Assembly (NCBI GenBank): GCA_034519505.1
Contig: JAXHOI010000004.1
Coordinates: 22,177-86,176, forward strand
Length of the DNA stretch: 64,000 bases
Reading direction: 5' to 3'
Source: Sphingobium sp.
Lineage (GTDB): Bacteria; Pseudomonadota; Alphaproteobacteria; Sphingomonadales; Sphingomonadaceae
Part shown: in pieces, positions 17,789-25,505 of the stretch
How the letters are laid out: the number at the start of each line of letters is the position of its first letter
Numbering within the stretch: position 1 is the first letter of the stretch
Made by a program: the position numbers and the translations under genes
The notes under the pieces: generated by a model
Told to the model about the DNA's origin: nothing
Database searches by the model: none
The model's input: only the letters and a program-made list of their open reading frames with translations

Positions 17789-18787
17789 GTGACAGCATCG
17801 CATGTCCTTCCCCTGGTCGACATCAGCGGCATGGTCAGCGATTGCATCGAAGATCGCCTGGCCGTGGCACGGCAACTCGACCAGGCCTGCGCGGAGGCCG
17901 GGTTCCTCTATATTGCGGGCTCGCCGCTGGACGATGTGCCGTTCGGAACGATCTTGGATCGCGCCAAGGCCTATTTTGCGCTCGATCACGATACGAAGAT
18001 GCGCAGCTACATCGGCCAATCGGAAAACCACAGCGGCTATGTCCCGGTCGGCGAAGAGGCCTTGGGTGATAGCGCCGGCGACCTGAAGGAGGCGTTCGAC
18101 GTCAATTGCGACTATCGACTGGCGCACGGTCGACGACCGTTGCTTGGCCCGAACCAGTGGCCCGACATGCCGGGCTTTCAACGGGATGTGGGCGCTTATT
18201 ATCGGCAGGTGACGGCGATCGGTGGCTTGCTCTTTCGCGCCTTCGCGCTGGCAATCGGCCTTGAGGAGGATCATTTTGCCGATTGCCTGAAGCATCCGCC
18301 AAGCCAGTTGCGGCTGATCCATTACCCCTTGAACCCAGCGGCGCAGGACCGGCCGGGCATCGGGTCGCACACCGACTATGAATGTTTCACGTTGTTGTTC
18401 GCGACGGCGCCGGGACTGCAAATCGTCGATCGCACGGGACAGTGGGTCGACGTGCCGCTGGTCGAGAACACGATGATCCTCAACGTCGGGGACATGATGG
18501 AAGTGCTGTCGAACGGGCGCTATGTCGCGACCCGCCATCGCGTGAAGAAGGTCAGGGAAGAACGATATTCCTTCGCGCTGTTCCACGCCTGCGACTATGA
18601 CTATGTCGTCGCGCCGGTGGTGAAGGGCGAACCGGCCCGTTATGCCCCGATCAAGGGTGGCGAGCATCTGTTCAATCAGACCGCGCAGACCTTCGCCTAC
18701 CTGAAGCGGCGCGTCGCGTCGGGAGAACTTGTTCTGAACGAGGCGCTGCCGCTCGATTCCTTCGGACGGAACAGCGCAGCAGCGTAA
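17789..18787 (+). CDS. 2-oxoglutarate/Fe(II) dioxygenase, isopenicillin N synthase-like family
   Basis: DIOX_N (ACAEAGFLYI), LRLIHYP, HTD...H facial triad (HTDY, TRHRV), RYS. Confidence 0.9.
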   Translation: MTASHVLPLVDISGMVSDCIEDRLAVARQLDQACAEAGFLYIAGSPLDDVPFGTILDRAKAYFALDHDTKMRSYIGQSENHSGYVPVGEEALGDSAGDLKEAFDVNCDYRLAHGRRPLLGPNQWPDMPGFQRDVGAYYRQVTAIGGLLFRAFALAIGLEEDHFADCLKHPPSQLRLIHYPLNPAAQDRPGIGSHTDYECFTLLFATAPGLQIVDRTGQWVDVPLVENTMILNVGDMMEVLSNGRYVATRHRVKKVREERYSFALFHACDYDYVVAPVVKGEPARYAPIKGGEHLFNQTAQTFAYLKRRVASGELVLNEALPLDSFGRNSAAA

Positions 18788-18814
18788 GCGCGCTACAATC
18801 CTGCTTTGCGCATC

Positions 18815-19420
18815 CTAAGGCGCGGCGAGTTTCTTTCTGAACAGCGACCGCACCAGCCGATCTTCCAGAACCCTGCCGATCACGTAAAGCGCGACGAAGA
18901 TACCCGCGAAGACATAGGCCGCGGTGGGCTGAGGCTTGTCGTCCTCATCCTTCTTCTTCTTGTCGTCCTTCTTGGGCTTTTCCGGTGCCGGCGCGCCAAG
19001 GAATTTGTCGACAGGATTTTGGACGAGCACCTTGTCCTTCTTCTCGTCCTTCTTTTCAGCGGTCTTGGCGGGGGGCTGCTCCAGCCTGCCTGCCACCAGC
19101 GTCAGACCGGCAAAACTGAGGAACAGCAGCGGCGCGAGGAAACAGAAGAGCAAGGCCCGGCTGGCCAGATTATAGCGCAACACCGGCCCTGACGATCCCT
19201 GCTCGATATGCAGAACGCCGCTGTCGAACACCGACATCTTGTCCTGCGCCGGCTGATCCTTCTTGCTGAAGACCAGCGTGTCACCCGCGCGATCATGGCT
19301 GGTTCCGATCTCGCGGAACAGTGGCGCAAGGCGCGCGAACGCATCTTCGCTGCTTTGCCCGCCCGGCAGCGCCAGGCTGCCCTTCACATGCCAGATCCAG
19401 TCTGCGAAACGGAAGTTCAC
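18815..19420 (-). CDS. Hypothetical membrane protein with Lys/Asp-rich loop
   Basis: RBS GGAG; two hydrophobic segments flanking PEKPKKDDKKKKDEDDK. Confidence 0.7.
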   Translation of the reverse strand: MNFRFADWIWHVKGSLALPGGQSSEDAFARLAPLFREIGTSHDRAGDTLVFSKKDQPAQDKMSVFDSGVLHIEQGSSGPVLRYNLASRALLFCFLAPLLFLSFAGLTLVAGRLEQPPAKTAEKKDEKKDKVLVQNPVDKFLGAPAPEKPKKDDKKKKDEDDKPQPTAAYVFAGIFVALYVIGRVLEDRLVRSLFRKKLAAP

Positions 19421-19469
19421 ATGATCTCCATCGTTAAGGAGGCGTCATCAAGGACAGGCGCGCGCCGGA

Positions 19470-20450
19470 TCATTCGGCGGGCAGGGCGACCGGCCGGTTC
19501 GAGCGCTCCTTCAGCGATTTCCACCCCTCGGTGAAAGGGAAGGTCATCTGTTCACGGATGGTCATGCGACGACCGCCCTCCATGCCGAGCAGTTCGGCCT
19601 CGCCGTCGATGCAGGTGCCGAACATGCGGTCGATGATGATCCAGCTGTTCGAATAATTGCTCCGCGTGGCTTCGAAATCCTGCGAGTGGTGCAGGCTGTG
19701 ATGCTCGGTCGTGTTGAACAGGAAACGCCACCAGCGCGGCGAGTTGAAGCGGACATTGATGTGCTGATAGCTGCCAACCGCAAGCCCGATGGTTCCAGCG
19801 AGCAGTGCAGCACGCGGTAGGAAATCGAAAAACCCGCCGATCCCGATCCCGATCAGGAACAGTTCGACAGGATTGCCGACCGCGCCCTTATTGATGTTCA
19901 GCTGTGTAATATAGTGATGGACGGAATGGGGCAGCCACAGCGGATACCAGTTGTGCATGCCGCGATGCATCCAATATTGGCCGAAATCGAACATGAAGGA
20001 GATGATGAACGCCTGCAACAGCAGCGGCAGGCCGGTGAACCAGGCCAGCTTGTCCCAGTCGAAGGAATGCTGCACGGCCTCGATCACCGCGTGGCTGCCG
20101 ATATAGCGCTCGACCAGATCCAGGATCGTGAAACCCAGACCGACATAGAACAGGTCGGTCATCAGTTCTTTCCACGTCAGCTTCCAGCTTTGGTAGCGCG
20201 GGTTGACCCATTCCAGCGCCAGCAGCAGCACCCGAAAACCGATCCCGACCGCGATAGCGGTCGATGCCTTGGCGATGGAGTTGGGAGCATAATACCAGAA
20301 CAGGATCAGCGCGAAGAGCGCCGTCGGCTGGAACCAGGTGAAGACAAATCGCTTCACCGGCCCGCCCTCTACGCGCGGGATGTTTTCCCAACCGATCGTC
20401 ACCGGCGCATCGGCGCCGATGATCCGATTGCCTACGCGAACTCCGTTCAT
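19470..20450 (-). CDS. Sterol desaturase / fatty acid hydroxylase family enzyme (paralog 2)
   Basis: His boxes HRGMH, HSVHH, HHSLHH; shares KGAVGNPxELFLI with paralog 1. Confidence 0.87.
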   Translation of the reverse strand: MNGVRVGNRIIGADAPVTIGWENIPRVEGGPVKRFVFTWFQPTALFALILFWYYAPNSIAKASTAIAVGIGFRVLLLALEWVNPRYQSWKLTWKELMTDLFYVGLGFTILDLVERYIGSHAVIEAVQHSFDWDKLAWFTGLPLLLQAFIISFMFDFGQYWMHRGMHNWYPLWLPHSVHHYITQLNINKGAVGNPVELFLIGIGIGGFFDFLPRAALLAGTIGLAVGSYQHINVRFNSPRWWRFLFNTTEHHSLHHSQDFEATRSNYSNSWIIIDRMFGTCIDGEAELLGMEGGRRMTIREQMTFPFTEGWKSLKERSNRPVALPAE

Positions 20451-20612
20451 ATCGCGCTCCCCCGAGTGCTGGCGGAAAATGCTGGGTCACTTTTCCGGCG
20501 GCGATGGTTTGCGCGGCTGTCCCGCGCTCCCATCGCTGGCCTGAAGAAAATGACAGGGGGAGGATCGCTAAACCCAGGCCATCACGCCAGATGGCAATAT
20601 GGTATCAGCCCC

Positions 20613-20627
20613 ATAGATTTGATTTAT
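20613..20627. promoter_or_regulatory. LysR-type box upstream of desaturase 2
   Basis: CATAGAT-TTG-ATTTATG; 14/17 identical to the reverse complement of the box at 16663-16679. Confidence 0.55.
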
Positions 20628-20744
20628 GAGATGCGAACTGGTCGATGGTTTGCGGCTCGGTGTACGAACCATCGAGGCCAGAAACCGGCAAAGACGTCGG
20701 CTCCGGCAGCCCTTGGGCGATAAGTGCTTAAATTGTTCGCCAAT

Positions 20745-21274
20745 TCAGAGTGGGGACCCTGGCCCCCGCGCCTTCTGCCCCGACATGGCGTATCCCGCCC
20801 GCTCCAGAGGCGTCTTCAGTGAGTCGAAGACCGTTCCGGCAAGCATCGCAGCGCCCAGGACGACCATGACGCCCAGTCCGACGCGTTCGATCTTGCGCCC
20901 CAGAGATCTGCGCGTTGGAAATGCCATGCGATGGGGCAATCAGTACGGACGGTTGCGCGGCGTTCCACATATTCGCCGGTCGGCGTGGTGCGGCGCGTCG
21001 CGGTCATATGGCCCGGAATGTCGCGCAGGGTGGCCGTCGTTATCCGGTCCCGCAACTGGACGCCGCATTGTCCGTCGCGGCTCCACCGGACCTGGCCGAT
21101 CATCACCTTGTCGCCACGGCGGATCTCGATGAAGCTGCCCGCCGATGGCGGCATGGGCATGCGCAGCATCAGCCCGCGCGAAGAATGATTGGCGATCTGC
21201 GCATCGAGCCATCGCAAACCCTGCTTAACCCGTGCAGAAAAGCAGCAGCTTTGCCGTTCTTCCCTGTCTTTCAT
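20745..21274 (-). pseudogene. PilZ-domain membrane protein, apparently frameshifted near 20900-20940
   Basis: REER and NHSSRG (RxxxR and D/NxSxxG) PilZ motifs in one frame; the likely C-terminal TM segment (RSLGRKIERVGLGVMVVLGAAMLAG) is in another frame. May be a sequencing error. Confidence 0.55.
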
Positions 21275-21385
21275 CGCGCACCTCTCGACCACTTCGGTGC
21301 GCGATATCAGCTGTGCGAACGCAGAGAAATTGCGATAAGAGCCTTAGGAGAAAGCGCTTAGGTAGTGGCGCGATGAACGGCGCGT

Positions 21386-22033
21386 TTACCCTGCCAGCGA
21401 TTGCATTGTCGTGGGAGGCGTAGCCGAATCCTCGATCAGAAGCCCCATTTTGATGACGTCCGACAGCGTATCGACACCCAGTTTCACCATCAGGTTGGCT
21501 CGGTAGGTTTCGACGGTACGGACAGAGATCGCCAGTTCGTGCGCGATCTTTTTGTTGGCAAGGCCGCGCATCATGCCTTTCCAGACATCGCGCTCGCGCG
21601 GGGAAAGCTGCGTCACCTTCTCCCGCATGGCGTTGCGGAGGTTCTGCTCCCGCGATCTTTCGTGAAGCTTGATCAGCGCCGCTTCGATCGCAGCCAGAAT
21701 GTCGGATATCGCAAACGGCTTCTCCATGAAGTCGATGGCGCCATTCCTGAAAGCCGATACCGCTCGCGGCACGGAGCCTGCCCCCGTCAGGACGATGACC
21801 GCATGCGCGCTTTCGCGTTTCAGCAGCTCTTCCAGTACCGCCAGACCACCCAGACCAGGCATGTTGAGATCCAGCAGCATGCAGCCAGGCGCCAGATCGG
21901 TCAGTTCCGCCAGCAACGCCCGCCCGCTCGAAAAGCAGCGCACGGCATAACCGTGCCGGTTGAGCGCATCGCCCAGTTCCGCGCGGATGACGTCGTCATC
22001 ATCGACAATGTAGACATAGGACAGGCTGTTCAT
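21386..22033 (-). CDS. FixJ/LuxR-type response regulator
   Basis: REC (VDDD, LLDLNMP, EKPF) plus LuxR HTH (LSPRERDV...SVRTVETYR). Confidence 0.92.
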   Translation of the reverse strand: MNSLSYVYIVDDDDVIRAELGDALNRHGYAVRCFSSGRALLAELTDLAPGCMLLDLNMPGLGGLAVLEELLKRESAHAVIVLTGAGSVPRAVSAFRNGAIDFMEKPFAISDILAAIEAALIKLHERSREQNLRNAMREKVTQLSPRERDVWKGMMRGLANKKIAHELAISVRTVETYRANLMVKLGVDTLSDVIKMGLLIEDSATPPTTMQSLAG

Positions 22034-24261
22034 CGCGACAGGTTCCTTCGCTGCTGGGTTGCTGCGGGCAAGGGGAGGCGAACCGTTAGAATGGCGCCAT
22101 GGCGTTCCAACCGGTTCGGGCCAAGCGTGATCGAGCCGCCCATTTCCTGAATGATCTGGCGACAGACGAACAGTCCAAGGCCCGTGCCCTTGTTCGCCGG
22201 TTTGGTGGTGGCAAAGGCGTCAAACGCCTCCTCAGCGATCTGTGCGTCGATCCCCGCGCCATTGTCGGCAATCCGCACCAGCAGGTCGTCGCCATCGACG
22301 ATCGTACCGATCGCGATATGCGCGATCGCGTCCGGCTCTATCGTGCGCATCTGATCGATGGCGTCCGTCGCGTTGCGCAGGGCGTTGACCACGATCTGCT
22401 CGAAGCCGACCTTCTGGACCAGAATATCGGGTACGCCATCTTCCTGAGCGACGTGGATGTCGATGCGATGTTCCTCCAGCAACGGGCGCATGAACTGCAC
22501 GGCGTTGTCGATCGCGCGGACCAGTGTCACTTCATCGGCGTCATGCTCGCGGGAATAATGCGATGTGCGCTGGATGATCGACTGGGCGCGGCCGACCTGC
22601 TCGATGATCCGGGTGAACTTGGCGCGGATATCGTCACGGCACAGTTCCGCATCGTCCAGCAGCATCATGCCATTTTCCGCCGCCAGCGAGATGGTGAAGA
22701 TCGGCTGGCGCAATTCATGGCCCAGCGCGGACGCCATGCCGCCCAGGTCCATCAGCCGGGAATTGTGCTGAATTTTGCTGCGCACCGCCTTGGCCGTGCG
22801 CAAGCGGATGATGCATGCCGACTTCCACTGCTGGATTTCCGTATCGAAATCCTGGGCGAGCAGCATGTGCCAGTCATCGGTCCGGTCGGTGCCCCCGCGA
22901 AATTCGAACATCACCGGATCGCGGTAGATCAGGCCGATGAAGATATCGCGGTCGAGCGCGTGGATTGCCATGCTGCCGGAGTGGGGACCGTTTTGCGGGT
23001 CGATCACGGTGAAGCGCAGGATGTTGTCCGTCCAGTCATAACCCACGTCGCACAGCATCTGCAGATCGACTTCCGATTGCAGCTTGGCGAGCATCCGACG
23101 CGATTGCTCGCGCTCGTGGATGGATTGCGCATAAGCATTGTTTGCGCTGGCGAAGGCCTTCAGCGCTTGCTGAAACTCGGTGAACGCGATGTCGTGGGGT
23201 ACTTCCAGCGCCTCGCTGCCGAAGCGATCGACGGTCGCGCGCCATTGGGCTAGAGCACGCGCCAGCGTCCGGCGAAAGAATATGAGCAGGCACTGCGTCG
23301 CTGCTAAGAGCGCGAAGAGCGGGACCGCGCCCCACAATGTGCGGCGGACGATGGCACGCGCCGTTTCCCTGACCGGCACGGCGACAAAGGCGTCGGTGTG
23401 CGGCACCGTCAGGCGGCTGACAAAGCATCCCTTGTCCCAGAAGGCAAAGGTGCGCTGGTCGTTGGGGGCGTCCGCCTGCATATCTTCGAACAGGGTACAC
23501 TGGCCCGATTGCAGGGCGAGACTGCGGGCGCGGGCCGCGGTGGCCGCGGCGAAGTAGCGAGGACCGCTCACTGCCGCGCCGTTATGCTTGTTGACCTGCG
23601 CGTTGCTGATGCTTTCGATGAGCAGCGCACGCTCCCGCATCAGGTCGGAAGAGAAATTCAGCGCCTGCGAGAAGAAGTAAAGCGCCAGGCATACCGACAC
23701 CATCAGCGTGGTTCCGACGCTGACGGTTTCGCTCAGCGAAATACGGTCGATGCGGCCGAACGGGCGACGTATGGCAATGGCCAGGATCGCCATGTCGGCT
23801 GCGCCCGCCAGCAGCATTTCGGTCAGCAGCTTGCGAAGGCACTGGATCAGCGCAAATTCTATCGATGTGCCATAGGCAATCAGCATCACCGCCATCCCGA
23901 CGGCCAGTCCGATCGTCAGGAAATAGATCAGCGTGATCACACTGACCGGGCCATCGCGTCCACGGCGAATCGCCTGGATGACGAAAATCTGGCCGATGGC
24001 CAGCAACACGGAATAGGGATGGCCCCACCAGCCCAGCGTTGGCGCCATGACGCATAGCAGGGTCAGGCTTGCCAGCCGCACGCCCCAGATCCGCATCGCG
24101 ATCAGGTAGAAGAACGGGCCGAAATATAGTTCAAACCCCGGCGCGATCACCACGCGCTGCATCGACAGGCCGATGGCGGCCAGCACGAAGACCGCCCGGA
24201 TCAGCCACTCGCGCGGGGGCATGGCGCGCGTTGCAGCCCAGGCCTTAGCAACGGCGCGCAT
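22030..24261 (-). CDS. Membrane sensor histidine kinase
   Basis: Multi-TM N-terminus; H-box HELRQP; N, G1 and G2 boxes (NATDA, DNGAG, GTGLGL). Start uncertain. Confidence 0.88.
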   Translation of the reverse strand: MRAVAKAWAATRAMPPREWLIRAVFVLAAIGLSMQRVVIAPGFELYFGPFFYLIAMRIWGVRLASLTLLCVMAPTLGWWGHPYSVLLAIGQIFVIQAIRRGRDGPVSVITLIYFLTIGLAVGMAVMLIAYGTSIEFALIQCLRKLLTEMLLAGAADMAILAIAIRRPFGRIDRISLSETVSVGTTLMVSVCLALYFFSQALNFSSDLMRERALLIESISNAQVNKHNGAAVSGPRYFAAATAARARSLALQSGQCTLFEDMQADAPNDQRTFAFWDKGCFVSRLTVPHTDAFVAVPVRETARAIVRRTLWGAVPLFALLAATQCLLIFFRRTLARALAQWRATVDRFGSEALEVPHDIAFTEFQQALKAFASANNAYAQSIHEREQSRRMLAKLQSEVDLQMLCDVGYDWTDNILRFTVIDPQNGPHSGSMAIHALDRDIFIGLIYRDPVMFEFRGGTDRTDDWHMLLAQDFDTEIQQWKSACIIRLRTAKAVRSKIQHNSRLMDLGGMASALGHELRQPIFTISLAAENGMMLLDDAELCRDDIRAKFTRIIEQVGRAQSIIQRTSHYSREHDADEVTLVRAIDNAVQFMRPLLEEHRIDIHVAQEDGVPDILVQKVGFEQIVVNALRNATDAIDQMRTIEPDAIAHIAIGTIVDGDDLLVRIADNGAGIDAQIAEEAFDAFATTKPANKGTGLGLFVCRQIIQEMGGSITLGPNRLERHGAILTVRLPLPAATQQRRNLSR

Positions 24262-24619
24262 CGATCAGCTTCCTCAGGATCATGCCGGGCACAGGCTTCG
24301 CCAGCAATTCGTCGGCAAGTTCGGCAATGTCGTTCCGCGACGATCCGGTCAGCTCCATATGCCCAGTCATCAACACCTTGTAAGGGGCCGGCGTAAAATC
24401 CAGATCGTCGATATGGCGCAGGCAATCGAGGCCGTTCTCGGCCTGCAGCTTGTAATCGCAAAAGATGATGTGGGGCTGGTTGGCGCTGGCTGTCGCTACC
24501 GCTTCCGCGATGGTTTCCGCCTGGAATGCCTGCGCGCCCAGGCGGACGAACATCTCTGCCATCTCGCAGCGCAGAAATGCGTCGTCTTCGACGATGAGGA
24601 CGTTGATGGGGCCGGCCAT
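24245..24619 (-). CDS. Single-domain response regulator
   Basis: IVEDD, FCDYKL, MTG, KP receiver motifs. Confidence 0.85.
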   Translation of the reverse strand: MAGPINVLIVEDDAFLRCEMAEMFVRLGAQAFQAETIAEAVATASANQPHIIFCDYKLQAENGLDCLRHIDDLDFTPAPYKVLMTGHMELTGSSRNDIAELADELLAKPVPGMILRKLIDARRC

Positions 24620-24714
24620 CCTCTATTTATAGAAGGCCGCGATGAAAAATTGCTTTCGTGCGATGGTTTCTGAACCCTATCGAACGATCGCGGCGCTCCC
24701 CTCGAAAGACCTTG

Positions 24715-25503
24715 TCAACGCCGACGCGCGAGGTCGGGCAATTCCATTTCGATCATCTCACCGCCCTTGCGCGCAATGCCCCAGAAGTGGCCGCGCTGCC
24801 CTTCGTCCCAATCGATCGCCTGTCCTTCGGCGGCCATGGCGTAGGTGCCCACATGGTCCAGCGTGGCGCCGCCGTTGGGCAGGGCCACGGCGTAAAGTTC
24901 GGGCAGGTCATGGCCGCTCAGGTACAGCCGACCGTCCGGCCCCCAGCCGCCGCCCGAAATGCTCATCGGTGCGATCCGGGCGAGGATCGAGGGGGGCAGC
25001 GCCCAGCTTTCGGTTCGGCGCCATGCAGCGTCGAAGCGGACGAGCTGGGTATAGCGATGGTCGCGACCCGGCTCGCCGCCCTTGCCGTCATAGTTGGCAA
25101 ACATGGCCCACCATGCGCCGTCGTGCCAATCCACCCAGGTCAACGAACCGATGGCGATGCCCAGCGAAACCGATCTCTTGTGCGCCAGCGTTCGCGGGTC
25201 GAAGAACTCGACGGAGCTTGCCTGAGGCACCTGCGGAAAGTTGGATGCGGCGCACACAAGTTCATGCGCGATGACCGCGCAGCTGTTGATGTGGGGAAAG
25301 CGCACCGGATCGCCCTCCCACGTGGCGCGCTTTTCACCCGTGCGCTTGTCGTAGCGGCCGATCCGATAGTTCGCGATGGCATACACGTCGCGCGGGCCGA
25401 CCGTGACGCCCTGCCGGGCCTCGGCGGCCGGTACACGGCGCAGTGTTTTCGCTTCCCCGTCCGGCATCGGGGTAGCGGCCAGAGCGAGCAGGAGTGCGAT
25501 CAT
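24715..25503 (-). CDS. Exported hypothetical protein co-transcribed with the TBDR
   Basis: Short hydrophobic leader; begins 2 nt after the TBDR stop; beta-rich, Trp-rich sequence (EARQG, HINS, SISGGGWGPDG, GHD, EGQAIDWD). Confidence 0.75.
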   Translation of the reverse strand: MIALLLALAATPMPDGEAKTLRRVPAAEARQGVTVGPRDVYAIANYRIGRYDKRTGEKRATWEGDPVRFPHINSCAVIAHELVCAASNFPQVPQASSVEFFDPRTLAHKRSVSLGIAIGSLTWVDWHDGAWWAMFANYDGKGGEPGRDHRYTQLVRFDAAWRRTESWALPPSILARIAPMSISGGGWGPDGRLYLSGHDLPELYAVALPNGGATLDHVGTYAMAAEGQAIDWDEGQRGHFWGIARKGGEMIEMELPDLARRR

Positions 25504-25505
25504 CC

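Noticed and set aside
18940-19060. CTT/GTC-rich low-complexity tract as a repeat array
   Set aside because: It simply encodes the Lys/Asp-rich loop of the membrane protein; no repeat-spacer structure.
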